A stretch of DNA of 63,927 nt, filler included, from Bigelowiella natans CCMP2755 (lineage: Eukaryota > Protista > Cercozoa), in assembly GCA_000320545.1 (NCBI GenBank). It is 3 parts of 3 records of this genome, joined end to end, with 100 filler letters (N's around TTAATTAATTAA, not from the genome) between each part and the next. Parts side by side here need not be neighbours in the genome. Positions count along the whole stretch, not along the records: positions 1 to 31,408 come from ADNK01000238.1; 2 more parts are not named here. One strand, given 5' to 3'. Each line of letters starts with the position of its first letter. Positions within the stretch are counted from its first letter, which is position 1. The translations under genes and the position numbers were made by a program. Under the pieces are notes generated by a model. The model had not been told where the DNA came from. It worked only from the letters and a program-made list of their open reading frames with translations, and did no database searches. Of the stretch, positions 1 to 13,686 are shown one piece after another.

Positions 1-35
<35 letters not shown>

Positions 36-374
36 ACACATACACCACCAATACCTCTGTACAATGATATAAAGTTACTGAATACCGCATCTGGTTCCAA
101 CGTGACTCTGGCTACCCGTGGAAACTTGATCTTGCAGGTATTAGCAGTATGAGAACAGGGGTGTTGGGATTATCATACTCAAACTATCATCATCGTTATC
201 ATCATAATGTCATCGTTAGATCTACTGAATAAGAAATGGAACGATGTTGATGATGCTGGCGATGACATCATTGAGTTCTCCCTTTACAGACTCCTCGAAT
301 GATTCGTCCAGGAAGTGAGCACTTCATGCAGGTGTCTTGGAAGACACCACCAACAGAAAGTATGGAGGGTGTGC

Positions 375-442
<68 letters not shown>

Positions 443-969
443 CTTAAATAGACACACTAAGCAGCCTTACCAGCAGAATCCCTGCTCCACGATAGAACCT
501 CAACCTGTTGACGGGTGAGCGAGCTACTATAACAGTGAAAGTCACGGGGAGGAGCAGCAATTTGCCCATCGAACGGCCCCTCCTCTAAATACCATCCATC
601 CTCTCATCCATACCGTGCAGGTCTGAGTGAGGAACTGAAGGAGGTGTACGGAGAGGACTACAGCAAGCAGGCGGCCAACCTCGGACTGATCATTACAACA
701 AAGCGGGTTTTCAGCAGGATGGACGGAGCTGCAGAGTATGTTTGCACACATGCATGCACGATGGTGGAATAGACTGACCTGATGAGCCTTCTCTGATTGC
801 AAACGATGCCGTCGCTGTTCTATTTCCATGCTGAGTAATTTATCACACGCCTATCTGCGAGAGGGCCACTTCCCTCTATTCAACACGGAACAAAAACGCG
901 ACGATCATCACGCACAGGTATATATCTCTGAAAGAAGAACTACCAGAGGACTGGAAGCAAGAGTACTGA
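1..969 (+). CDS. 3' part of a multi-exon hypothetical protein gene (5' end outside window)
   Basis: GT-AG bounded exons at about 290-359, 620-735 (GLSEELKEVYGEDYSKQAANLGLIITTKRVFSRMDGAAE) and 918-969 (YISLKEELPEDWKQEY*). No family recognised. Confidence 0.5.
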
Positions 970-1599
970 CAAGTGCGCAAGCGTCCTGCCTATAGCTGTG
1001 GGGCAGAAGGCTGAGGCGGGATAGTCTAGAATCATTAATACGTTGCATGTATGAAGTATGTCTATGCGACTGATGACGATCGATGATTTTTGGCGTTGAT
1101 TCGAGCTCCGATGTCTACGACGCGCACACATGGCTTAGCCATGATGGCACAGAAATGATACATTATTCGATTTATATCTAGAGCCATATAGCATCATCCC
1201 ATCGATCATCGCTATTACATTATACGCTAGCTAGCTAGTACATGTCAGCATGCCTCATGCAGCAGGACAGGTACGCATTGTACGAGTTTACTTCGCGACA
1301 ACGCATGTGTGGCCAGAAGGTTGCATAGACAAGATTGTGCATTGGTAAACGTTGCTAGGTTTCAATAGCGCCGTCACTGCGCCCTTGACGTACGATGAAT
1401 GAGCTGTCAAACCTGTACTGCCACTACTACAGTGTAGAGTATGGTATATGAGTTGGCGAGCTAGCTAGCTAGGCACAGTAACCTAAATACAACTAATGCT
1501 GTTGTGATGTTATAGCCTTGGCGTTCGTGGCGCGGGCATACGCAGTATGACGCACATGAATGTGCTATTATTACAGGTTGCATTAGATGAGCTCCTGGA

Positions 1600-1795
1600 C
1601 TACAACTTCATTTTCTCCTTAATAGCAACTAAAGATTGCTGCACTGCCGTCACTCGTTCAAGAACGGTCTTCACAGCCTCTTCTGTTTGCAACTGCCATT
1701 GTTGTCGTCGGGGCGCACATAATTACACACACATAGAGGGGGAGGGGGGGGAAGAGAAACAGGTAAAACAATATGCATTACTTTCCACATATGTA

Positions 1796-1836
<41 letters not shown>

Positions 1837-1900
1837 CACCACACTATTTCAACAACAAACAGAATGTACCTTAAATATCAGTTTGGAAATAAATCTCTCC

Positions 1901-1936
<36 letters not shown>

Positions 1937-2258
1937 GACACATACACACACAAAGAGAGAGAAGCAGAGAAAGAGCAAAATAGAGAAGGGGGAAGAGGAA
2001 ACTCATATGTCAACTGTGGACCAAAAATTCTCATTACTTTTGCTCGATATTTGCCCATGAATTTGTCGGGGTGCCATTTGAGAAACAGAGTTCGGATGAT
2101 CCTTTTTGCTTGCTGGGGAGGGGTGGCGCGGAGTGCGGCTGTTAGCCCCTCAAAATAGCCACCGTCCTCACTTGGAAACACCATGTCCTTGAGGGGGAGC
2201 AAATTCTTCAGGGGATATAGGAGGACCACACAACAGCAGGGAAAGGGAGGGAGAAAGA

Positions 2259-2305
<47 letters not shown>

Positions 2306-3014
2306 CGAGAGGTGACACCTCAATTGAGAGCTTCTCTTTGCCCGATGCATCAGACTCAAACTGAGCAAAACGCGCCTCGAAAGCCGCAAAGACCTGCCGA
2401 CACATGAATGGGACTACTCAATGGGGGCGATAGCTACCTCGTACTTTGAAGAAAGAGGAGTGTTGACATAACATCCTACTAACGTAGGAAATCATAGTAC
2501 AATGCATCTAATATACCTCCGCTGGCGGCTTCTTGTCGACTCTCTTCCCTCCCCTCCTCCTCCTCCTCACGTTAGGGATCGGTCTGCTTCCTTCTCCTAT
2601 TTTTGAGGGTTGATTGTATGGGGTGGAAGATGATTCCAAAGATAGTAGTGAGAATTGGATATTTTATTGACAACACGGAAGACACAGATGACTTTGGTCT
2701 CCGGGCCACGTCGTAAACAACAAGAAATGTCTATGGTTTCATTTTGATTCCTCTCATGTTGGCACTAAGGTTTCTATTCAATTGAATTACGATTCCATGC
2801 GAATGGCGGTGGGTCTGCTGTCTCATCGCCACTGTTATTATCATCCCGATGATCATCTCCATTGGCTTTTTGGTGAGAAGAGCTTTCGTGCTTTCCCCCT
2901 TTGTCTTCATGGCTAGCTTCCCCCCCGCCTCTGTAGCTGTTGTGGCGCCTCTGCATCTTTATGAATGCAGTCCACTGAAGAAGGAGAGCGAGCAAGCGAC
3001 GACGGCGAGAGATA

Positions 3015-3061
<47 letters not shown>

Positions 3062-3451
3062 GGAGGAGTGAAGGAGGGAGGACATGTCCAGTAGCAGCCA
3101 ACAACAATTAAAAGCAACAAGGATGAGTGAGTAAAGTGAGGAGGAGGAGAAGACTCAATAGGGAAATACCCGGAATACCCAAATGAAAGCAACAAAGCAA
3201 AAAAGAGCGTGCGAGCACGCACACACACGCACAAGCATGTATGCACGCACGCATACACAGCACCATACAAGCAGCATAATAGAGCAGCAGTAGCAGCAGT
3301 AGCAGCATAAGCAGTAGTAGGAGACTGAGCCTCCCCCTGAAAGCAGCCCAAACAACCAACCGACCTCTTCAGGTGTCATATGATCTCTATAGTCATCCTC
3401 GTCTGCGGCAGCTTTGGCCCCTTACAATAATAAAACACAAACGCACAAACG

Positions 3452-3489
<38 letters not shown>

Positions 3490-4673
3490 TCGTGGCAGAA
3501 ATATCTTGTGTTTTCGTGATACGCGCAACCTCTCGCACTCGATTTATCTTCCCACCCAACTCGTTTCTTCTTCTTCTTCTCCATCCTCATCGTCTTCTTC
3601 TTCTATTGCTGCTGCTCCTACTGCTACTGTATGAATGTATGCTATCAAGCTAGCACCTCGGTAAGAGTCATTCCAGTCCGCTGCAGCTGCTCCTGATAAA
3701 TAGACACAGGAGACGGTGATGTTAGTGAAGAAACGAGAGGGAACAGCAAAAGGGTGGCGAATTATTGATTGATTCCTTCGTTTTTATTTGGATGGTTAGG
3801 CTACTGTTGTGTGACCTTCAACTATGTACCCTCCCCTACCCGAAATTGTTACTGGCTAATTTGGCTTCAAAAGCTTTGTCCTCCTCGTCTTGGCGCCTAG
3901 GAAAACCATAGATTTATGATGGAGATATCATCATCATCATCATCATCATCATCACCGTCATCATCACTATTTGCGAGGTCGCTTCTTCGTCCTCACTACT
4001 TGTTACCACTTGCGGTGAGATAAAGAAGAAAATGGCTGTTCATTTTGGTTGATCTCTTCTCCCTCCCCCCCTCCCCCGCCTTCACCCTACACCTCCGTGT
4101 CTTTCGGTTTATTACATCTTTTCAAATCGTTCCCACTCCTGCCGCACTTCCTGACAATGATCCGCATCAAGACACAACACACAAAACACCCACAGCACGA
4201 AACACGCAACACATAACACACAACACAACACACACCTCGATCTTACGCTCCTCTTCTTCCTCCCTTATCTCGTGCGCAGTTCTGAGCAATGTTTCGAGGC
4301 CCATACTCTCGGGAGTCATCATCGTTTGGTGGTGCTTATGCTGGCGGTCTTGTTGCTCCTGCTTTTTAGGATGATTGCTGCTCCCTAGCTCCTCCCTCTC
4401 CATATCTCCAACTGCTTCTTCAATGCCTGATCTTGTCGCTTGACCATCGTCCTCAGCTATGATTCTGTTTCCCGTTGTCGTCGTTGTTGTTGTTGCTGCT
4501 GCTGCTGCTACAACATCATCATTTGTTGTTGTTGCTGCTGATGACGACGACGATGGGGATGATGATATTATTGGGGTTGCGCGATCGGCGCCAGCAGTTG
4601 TGGAATTCACAAGATACTCTGTCATTCAATGGTTGTCGATTATCAGACAAAATTGGCGATGATCATAATGATA

Positions 4674-4704
<31 letters not shown>

Positions 4705-5301
4705 GCGAAATGATATTAATGAATGGTGACGATAATGCTGATAACCATCCTTGTTTACCTGCGACAACAGCTTGTTTATTCGCGACAGCGTGATGAAGCG
4801 GCCGCCAACCTGCAAACGGATAGGGTTGTAGGTTGCTACGATGTTGATGATGATCATCTCCGTCATCGTCATCGTTCTTATCCTCCTCGACGGGAGTATT
4901 ACAATGGCCATAGTCGACTGGACATGGAGCTCTTGGATCAGCTCCCTGTTCCTCAATTAGCCATTTGCAGTGCTCTGTTGCATTATCCACAGCAGTATGA
5001 TGTGGAAACAAATAGCCAGATGATATAAGATAGAGATAAATAGCAATATGATGTGTGTGGAATTCGTTGCGCTATAGGAAATGATGTATTCTCATAAGCT
5101 GCCGAATTGACCTAAACGCCCCGTTTGACACGCGTGGTCCAACAGGCACAGACCAGCAGGGTCCCGGGACTCCAATAGAAAGGCTTTGCGTTGATGGCGA
5201 TCGTACATCTTTGCAACGTATTGAGAGACCAAAGACGACAACAGTCCTGGTGCTGGGAGCCCATCAGAAAATTTCTAGCCACCGATAGCATGCGGACACA
5301 T

Positions 5302-5342
<41 letters not shown>

Positions 5343-5986
5343 GGGGAGGGGAGAAGGGGGAGGGGAGAAAGAAGAGTGGGTGGTGATACGCACTGTCTAC
5401 GACTACCTTGAGGGTGAGGAGTGGGCCGCCAGATCGGATCGACCATGCGAGGGCACGAAATATAGTGCTAAGTTAATGATAATAAGAGTGATGACAGATG
5501 CCCCATTCAGATGTAATGAATGCATACACGAATTTGGAGGAAAGAAGTCTAGGGCATCGTCGAACCTCTCAACTTCGTGCCGGGATACGTTCGGCTCGTG
5601 CTCTTTATTTCCCTTCTCAGATTGGGGAGAGTCTTGCCGTCGTTTTCGTCGCCTTCTATCGTTTCCATCTTCTTCCCCGCACTCCTTTTTAGACCGTTGC
5701 TTTCGCTTTCTTTCCTTTTTTTTCTTCTTGTTCTCCTTCTGTTTGCTCTTTTTCTTCTCCTTTTTCTTCTTCTTTCTCTTCTTCTCCTTTCTCTTCGTCG
5801 TACTCCTACCTTCCCATCGCTGCTCCGTGCTGTTGGGCGCCTGTCCCAAATAAATGCTATCACCTTTTAAAAGCACGAGCGTATCCATGTTTTGTACACC
5901 TCTTTTTGATCCCCCCCCTCTGAGGCTCTAGCACTCACGGGGCCGCCCACGCCCTCCTCCCCGTCCTCCTCGTCCTCCTCGGGCAT
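1600..5986 (-). CDS. NFKBIL1-like protein: Lys-rich N-terminus, ankyrin repeats, C-terminal WHPDKF helical domain (multi-exon)
   Basis: Ankyrin-like exons (LLDHACQTGRLG at ~5110-5160; HCKWLIEEQGADP and GWRPLHHAVANKQ at 4760-4990). IIRTLFLKWHPDKFMGKY at 2040-2110. Last exon VLERVTAVQQSLVAIKEKMKL* with stop at 1600. Ankyrin plus WHPD[KR]F is the NFKBIL1 architecture. Start MPEEDEED at 5986 is tentative. Confidence 0.65.
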
Positions 5987-6468
5987 AGCGAAACTAGTTC
6001 TCAACCCTGAATCCTTCCCGAGGCTACGATTTGCTAATATTTTGAACCGAAAACATCGTACTAAAATATTCTCTCCAACGAACACAGGAACCCAGAAAAT
6101 GCACTGAATTTATATTGTGTATCTCCAGGGAAATGATGTCGTAACATAAAATTCCAATACATATTCATTTTTTGCAAAAATATCGCCCAAATTCTCCAAT
6201 GTACTAATTTGACTGTGCGTTGTGCGTTTGCTTGTTCCGGGAAAATCCTCAGATACTACGTCCTCAGCGTGATGTTCCTCGAGATGCGTCGACATGGGGT
6301 AAATTTGATTTTAATACTAAATGTTGATGTCGTATAGTATAAATAGCCACCATGATCACAGAAAGATGAATCATGAAGATCCAAAGTTCATCTAAATTTT
6401 CAGACTTCGGGTTGAATCTTGCCCAACCTTATCGTTTCCTCTCATCTTCTCTTATCGTCATAAGGAAG

Positions 6469-7557
6469 ATGCTATCGCGACTGGCCTCCCGCACTGTTGC
6501 CTCCTCCTCCCTCACTTGCTCTCGGATTGTGGCGCCATCCACCAGGATCGGGAAGAGATGCTTCGCAACAGAAATGACCGTACGAGAAGCCCTCAACTCC
6601 GCAATTGAGGAGGAGATGAAGCGTGATGACAAAGTTTTCCTCATGGGTGAGGAAGTTGCTCAGTATGATGGTGCATACAAGGTGTCAAAGGGCCTATGGG
6701 CGAAATTTGGCGGAGATCGTGTTATCGATACGCCCATTACCGAAATGGGTTTCGCTGGGTTAGCAGTGGGAGCTGCAATGGGTGGCCTCCGCCCTATCTG
6801 CGAGTTCATGACTTGGAACTTCTCGATGCAGGCGATTGATCAAGTGGTTAACTCTGCAGGCAAAACTCTTTACATGTCTGGTGGTGACGTGTCTGCCCCC
6901 GTTGTCTTCCGCGGGCCTAATGGGCCTGCAGCCGCGGTTGCTGCACAGCACTCTCAGTGCTATGCTGCATGGTACTCCAGCATCCCTGGTCTGAAGGTTG
7001 TATCGCCTTACGACTGTGAAGATGCCCGGGGTTTGCTCAAGGCTTCGATTAGAGATGACAACCCTGTTTGCTTTCTTGAAAACGAGCTGTTGTACGGGTC
7101 TTCGTTCTCTGTGGACGACGCCGCAATGAGCCCGGACTTCTTGGTCGACATTGGCAAGGCCAAAATTATGCGAGAAGGAACCGACATAACCATTGTAACC
7201 TTCTCGAAGATGGTTGGATTCGCAGTGGAGGCAGCAGATATCCTTGCACAGAAGGGTATCAGCGTTGAGGTCATCAATCTTCGCAGCATCCGCCCGTATG
7301 ACCGCGATGCGATCATCAAGTCAGTCATCAAGACCAACCGCCTTGTTACATTGGAAGAAGGCTTCCCTCAATGTGGAATTGGTGCTGAGATCTGTGCTTT
7401 CGCCTGTGAGACTGTTTTCGACTACTTTGACTGCCCCCCAGAGAGAATTACTGGGGCAGACGTGCCTATGCCTTACGCACAAGGATTAGAGGAGAAATGT
7501 ATTCCTCAAGTGAACGATATTGTCCGCGTGATCTCAAGGATGTGCATTGGTAAGTAA
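6469..7557 (+). CDS. PDHB: Pyruvate dehydrogenase E1 beta subunit, mitochondrial (intronless)
   Basis: [67 protein letters not shown]. Arg/Ser-rich presequence [10 protein letters not shown] from the ATG at 6469. Confidence 0.97.
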   Translation: MLSRLASRTVASSSLTCSRIVAPSTRIGKRCFATEMTVREALNSAIEEEMKRDDKVFLMGEEVAQYDGAYKVSKGLWAKFGGDRVIDTPITEMGFAGLAVGAAMGGLRPICEFMTWNFSMQAIDQVVNSAGKTLYMSGGDVSAPVVFRGPNGPAAAVAAQHSQCYAAWYSSIPGLKVVSPYDCEDARGLLKASIRDDNPVCFLENELLYGSSFSVDDAAMSPDFLVDIGKAKIMREGTDITIVTFSKMVGFAVEAADILAQKGISVEVINLRSIRPYDRDAIIKSVIKTNRLVTLEEGFPQCGIGAEICAFACETVFDYFDCPPERITGADVPMPYAQGLEEKCIPQVNDIVRVISRMCIGK

Positions 7558-7820
7558 TGAGAAAGTAGGAGGATATTCGTACATTGGCCTAGAGAGACAG
7601 GACACCGAATTCTGAGCTGCTTTGTTTCACATTCTGTTCATTTTTTCAGCAGAAATGCCATAGGTCGCAAATTTCAATAGAACGTCTTTGAACTCAGTAC
7701 GCTAGTAATTCAGCTATATATGAATCACGAGTGCAATATCTTGTTGGGCAACCTTGTGATCTATCATTAATCAGAGAAAAAAATCATATAGACAATCGCA
7801 AGCCGCCATGCTATATGTAA

Positions 7821-7864
7821 GACGGATGTAATGAATCAAATTAAATTTCTTCAATGGTCATCCT
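7821..7864 (+). repeat. Conserved bipartite hairpin motif, copy 1
   Basis: GACGGATGTAATGAA-tcaaattaaatttc-TTCAATGGTCATCCT. Confidence 0.85.
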
Positions 7865-7900
7865 CATGTAGCTCTGCAATGTATCTGGGATATAATATGA

Positions 7901-7943
7901 GACGGATGAGATGAAATATTCACCTTTTTCCAATGGTCATCCT
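7901..7943 (+). repeat. Conserved bipartite hairpin motif, copy 2 (tandem with copy 1, 80-nt period)
   Basis: GACGGATGAGATGAA-atattcacctttt-TCCAATGGTCATCCT. Confidence 0.8.
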
Positions 7944-8525
7944 AATTTATTAGCTGTGCAATGTGCGGCAATCTAGTTATCTAGGCTAGCTAGCTAGTAG
8001 GCTAGCACAGCAATTATATGTTGTGTCTATTATTTGCATTTGTTCCTATAGCAACGATGTCGTTATTCGATCATGTTTGCATATGCATGCTTGTGATACG
8101 CGCTAGCGCCCGCGCCCGTACGTATTGTATGTGTTCAGCTGGTTATTGCCGTCACGCGCGCGCATGTGCATGTACACACATTGACAATGCTAGCTAGCTA
8201 GAATGCTAGAATGCCTTGAATTGAGCAATGTTTCAATTTTTGTCATTATTGCATTAGCCATGCATTGTGGCCTGTAGCGCATGCATTAGCAGCGGAATCG
8301 GTAAATGCAAGTCTAGCGGCTTGCTGGACATTACATGTGTTACCTCGCTGCTGAAAGATGGACGGGCGGGCACATGCATGATGTCACAATAACACGCTCA
8401 TATTATTATTTGATGACGTGTGCATGCATATATAGGCAGCCGCCTCACTCTTACTTTATTTGTTTGGTACATCTGTTGTTCGATCGAACTACTAGCAAAG
8501 CCGTGCATGCTGCTGTGCGTGGCTG

Positions 8526-10954
8526 CTACCACGCGTACGCTCCAGCAACTGCTGTGGTAGGGCCAGTTGCATATGGATTATTAAGCGGCGGGGCGAACGA
8601 CGAGTGCTGTGAGTGTTGTGTGCCACCAGACGAGGATGGATGGTGGAAAGCTGGAGAAGAGGCCATCGGACGATGATGGGGCGGGGGCGGTTGATAGCCC
8701 GGTAACATCATTGGCGACAGTGGTGCTTGTGAGTCCATTGCTGCAGGTGGTATGTGGTACGAATCTCCTCCATACCTATATGGAGTAGTGGGCGGTGGTG
8801 GTGGACCACGTTGCCACGATGGTGGTAAATGCTGCTGCTGTTGCTGCTGCTGCCGGAAAGGTGGGGAAAAGTCATATCCACGCCCCCTCCCATTATAGCC
8901 ACCGTCTTGCTGGTTGTGGTAGTAGGGATGCCGTTGCTGATTGTCGTAGTCAGGCGGTGGCGGAGATCTATCTCCGCCATTTCCTCTCAGTCTTGGCCGT
9001 CTCCTTCTACTCTGGTGACGCACTCGGTTGTACCGTCTTTGGGGTAGCTGGTCTCGATAGCGCTCATTACTTCGGATATCCACCGTTGGCCCTGCTGCTT
9101 CCATGCTGTCGTATACACCTTCCATGTTGTACTGTGGCGGGCCGCCTTGGGAACCTGAAAAACAGACACAACCACCGTATTATTGCTTATGGGGACTGGG
9201 AGAGTAAGAGACGGGGGGGGGGGGTGTCGAGATTAAAATAATATCCTTTCTATCAAATTCTCATTTGAACGTTTGATATTGGGGGTACCATCGAAGTAGT
9301 ATCTTGAATTTGATCTCCGATGGATGTCGTTATATTGCCGCTGGTGCTGCTCGTTTGCGGGGGGACCTTTTGAGCACACATTTTAAGCATGCTTAATGAA
9401 GAATTATTATAAAAATGTAGGGAAAGAGTTAGAAGGAACGGGGACCTGCTTCTGTTACACCACACACACACACACACACACAAAGAGAGAGGGAGAGAGA
9501 AACTACCCTCTCTTCTACCTCTCGCACTCATACATGCATCTACCAAGTATATCTCCCCTATTTTCAACCACGGTTGCCTTCTTAAAAGTCCAAATAATAT
9601 CCTGCCAAAAGAAGTACCTTGCTGAGAACTTGCCGGGTGCTGTCCGCCGATGTCCCATCCCACCCCGTTGTCCTCCAACGTAGGTTGGTCATCTATGGCC
9701 GCCGGAAGGTAGGGGTTGTCGTTGTCGACAATGCCTCCGTCGTGCTCTGGCCCTTGTTGAAGAGAATGATCAAACTTACGTTCTTCCTGTCGTTTCTGCG
9801 TGTTGCGTAATGGTGCCTCCTTCGCCTGCTTCTCGATCTGTGTGTATAAAGGGATGGGAAGGAAGGGGATCTTCAGCTTTTTCTTGTTGCTACTACGTAT
9901 CTCATCATCCTCGTCATCATCGTCAGTGAGTGCAGATGTATATGTATGAATGCATGCATACGCGCATGCGCGCTTGAGTATGATGTTGGAAATCAAGACC
10001 TTTTTGTGTAAATCTTCATTGAGATTGGACAAGTCAAAGTCATAGCCGTAGTCCTCAACGACACGACAACACAACACCATTACGCGGTCGCCCTGTGAGG
10101 AGAAAGGAGAAGGTCAATAAAAAAACCGAACGCATCGTTAGATACATCCGAACATGTATCCAGTAAACAACACCAAAAATAATTTAAACACCTAAGATTG
10201 ACTACAAATCTGTATGATGACGATGACGACGACGGCGATTATGATGATATTGATAAAGAAATCATCATATCATATCATGATCATTATTAACATTTCACCA
10301 TGATTGTCATCACACTAGTCACTATCACATTCTTCCTTTCCTCCCCTTTCTAACTGCAGCCCTCGTTGTCTCACTCACCATGGGAAGGGCATTACGAACA
10401 ATATCGTAGTCATCAGAGATATTGGAAATGTGGTGGTAGGAGGCGATTCCTAGCGGCAAAGCAAAGTAGGTGAGATGAACGATGGAGAGTGTAAATAGCG
10501 GAAAATATGCGACTGGCGCCAAAAGTGGCCAGACATCAACAGCATACCGTTTTTTGAGAAGCCTATATCAATGAAGACCCCGCGCTTGCAATAGCCCATC
10601 ACAGTACCCTGACGAGTGAGAATATCCATGCTATCAATGCATCTATAGTAAATCACGCCGGCACACATTCCCAGCATTATCTCGCATTCATACATCTTTT
10701 CCATCATGATCACTAGCAGTGCAACATAACCACTAGCAAGCCACCTTATATACATGTCCTTCCACAGGACACGGAACTTTCTTCCCCTCCCCGATTCCAG
10801 CCTATAAAACCACAAGAGTAAGATGGAGCACACTTTTAACGATAAAAACCAACAAGATTCAAAACAATAATGACAACGTCGATGAAGAGGGAAATATCGA
10901 GCGTTATCGATTACAATTCTAATATAGCACATCTCAATAGGTATTCATACCACT

Positions 10955-11009
<55 letters not shown>

Positions 11010-12048
11010 GCACACACACGCAGACACAGTAGATGCTCGTATTGGGGAATATGCGAGTAACTACCAGAGGGTACAAAGTTCCATCATTCCCTGAAATGGT
11101 TCTATGGGTGGATGAGGGGGGCAAGGAGGCTGGGTGACTGGTGTCACTGTCGTCGTGATTTGTGACAGTATTATCCTTCTTCAGATCCTTGCCATCCCAG
11201 GGCTCGGTGATGTTCTCCTTGTCATCGTTATATGGGTCACCTCCTCCTCCATTAACACCCCCCTTCTCTTCCTCTCTGTCCTGCTGCGCCGTCTGTGAGC
11301 AATTTACAGTGGGATCGAGATCCTCTCCTGTGGGAGTTCCATCGCTGTTTCTGGTTCTCCTTTCTTGTCCTCCATCTGTGTCATCTCCTTCTCTATTGCC
11401 ATCTGTAGCTGTATTGGCGACAACGCCTTTCTCACTCCCCCCCTCGTCATCAACATTCGTAGAAGCAGTATTCTTATAGTTACGTTCGTCCTGCTGCGTC
11501 TGCCTATCTCCACTACTTTTACTTTCTCTTTTTCTACTAGCACCTCCATCATCATCCCCAGACCCACCGATCTTCTTCTCTCCCTTCAACCGCCCCCGTT
11601 TCTCTTCCTCCTCCTCCTCCTCCTCTTCCTCCTCCTCCTCCTCCTTCCCAAAGTTGCTGTCCTCGTCGTTTCCTCCAGGCTTGACAGCAGTGGTGGTGTT
11701 GTCGCCATAATGTTCAGCAACAGCGGTAGTAGCACACAGCGCTTCCCCTTCTTTATTTCCTGCGTCAGTACCGTCGTCGTTGCCATCATCTCCACCCGTT
11801 CCACCTTTTTCTATCGGCCTCCTCTCTCCTTGTTCATATCCTTCCCTGACCAGATCGGCCCTTGTCTCGTTGCCATTACCCCGGCGGATTCTCTCGAGGT
11901 AGAGTTGAACATCACGCTTGATAATACGGTTGGCTAGGGGTAATTTTCGTCCATTCAATAAACAGAATATTTGGTATTTGTCAGTATGGATTACCATTTG
12001 GATGCTATTACCATGAGCAAATGACACCGTAATCTTATTGGCGCAAAA

Positions 12049-12092
<44 letters not shown>

Positions 12093-12677
12093 ATGTGCGT
12101 TTATAAGTTCTTCTGCGCGTATGTGCATACGAAGTCAGAAACCTTTGAGCGCTGTGAAGCACGATAATGTGAGATTGTGGGCCTGTGCAAGCTTAGCGGC
12201 TGCAGCAGAGCCCCACCGCTTCGCCGATTGCTCATCGCCATCCACCTCATTTTGTTTGCCTAATCGATTGATGATTCACGATTTGAAGATGAAATTCCCC
12301 ACAAAATTTCCAATTGGCGGTAGAATATCTGACTGTTGACACAACAGGCACACGCACTGCACCACGTTACACTAGTACCTCCTCGCAAACGGTAAAACTT
12401 TGGTGCAATAATGCTCTTAATCCAAGATTGCTGGCTGGATCTTCTACATGACGTGGTTGAGGGGGCACCCGTCATGCCATGGCAGTCTTTGAGAGCCGAA
12501 CTAGTCCGCTTCACCCTCCTAAGCATTTATTTAGCTTCTCAGGGCGAAAGTATAAGCGATACTCCTCGCTCTGTCAGCATGATACCTTTGAGTCGTCTTG
12601 GGACTTATGGTTATCAAAAGCCCGAAAGCCACGAACACACCCACGAATGGTCGCAGCAAGGAGCCTGTCAAGGCCAT
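8526..12677 (-). CDS. S1/OB-fold RNA-binding domain protein with N-terminal signal-like peptide and low-complexity regions (multi-exon)
   Basis: GTVMGYCKRGVFIDIGFSKNGML (10540-10610) and GDRVMVLCCRVVE are S1-like. N-terminus is MALTGSLLRPFVGVFVAFGLLITIS. Acidic exon at ~11095-11880 and Pro/Gln/Tyr-rich last exon 8526-9150. Confidence 0.6.
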
Positions 12678-13184
12678 GGCATGGGGAGGCAGCGCTTTGC
12701 AGCGCGGGCTGTGATGTGTGTTTTTGGGATGATTTTGCACACCGAAAACATCCTAAGTTCAATGATGATCACATTTGTATTAAAAATTAAGCCAGAAATC
12801 ACCTAGGATAATTTATCTGGCAGGTGTATTGTTGTAACTATGTTATCAGCGGGTATGACTCATTACATCCTGGCTAACAGATTTAACCATCGATAATTGG
12901 TCTTGCGTGAACCTGCCTGAATCATTTGTCTCTTTTCTCAGATAGCCTTTATTCCTATGTATTCTTTGAATTTACGACGAAAATCCCGGCATATTCAGCA
13001 CCATTCGAGTTCAGACCTTGAGTTCATCTTGCGGGATGCTACAATTGGAACTCCGTAATGTGAATAGGACTTAAATAGTCTAGACGACATCCGTTTTTGT
13101 TGTCGTTTTTCCAAATAAGAATCTTATAAGGGGATAAGGTTGTCAATTACAATATCTAAATCCCGAAAGAGCGAAGGACAGAAA

Positions 13185-13655
13185 ATGGGAGACTGGCATA
13201 ACCCCGTTCCCGGGACCAAAGTTTACGTGGGCAACCTCGATCGTTCCACAGACAAGGTGAATGAATATCTTCAGAAATTATAATTGTACAGAAGTGTTGG
13301 GAGGAATTCGGAGAATGGCTCTGTTCGGGCCCTCCCTAAGCAAAATAGTTTTGTAGTTGCGCGCGCAATATCTTCCTCGTTTTTTTGTTCTTACTTATTT
13401 GGAACCCAGTTTTCATCATTCCTTATTTACTTTTACTTAGCGTGACCTTGAGGACTTCTTCCGAGACTCAGGAAAGATTGTCGCCACATGGATCGCCCGC
13501 AATCCTCCGGGTTTTGGCTTCGTCACTTTTGAGGACCCGTACGATGCCAAGGATGCTATCAAGGATCTGGACGGCAGGGAGCTCAGAGGAAAGAGAGTGA
13601 GCGTTCAGCTTTCTAGTGGTCCAAGAAGTGGTCGGGGTGGTGGCGGAGGAGGAGG

Positions 13656-13686
<31 letters not shown>

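Noticed and set aside
1547-3653. ORFs rich in HTHT, SLSL, YIYI, ERER
   Set aside because: Translations of intronic dinucleotide microsatellites.
6373-6468. Upstream in-frame ATG extending PDHB by 32 aa
   Set aside because: The mitochondrial-type presequence begins at ATG 6469; the extension looks like 5' UTR.
7821-7943. Two repeats with a ~36-nt gap resembling a mini CRISPR array
   Set aside because: Eukaryotic context, only two units, variable repeat interior, no cas genes.
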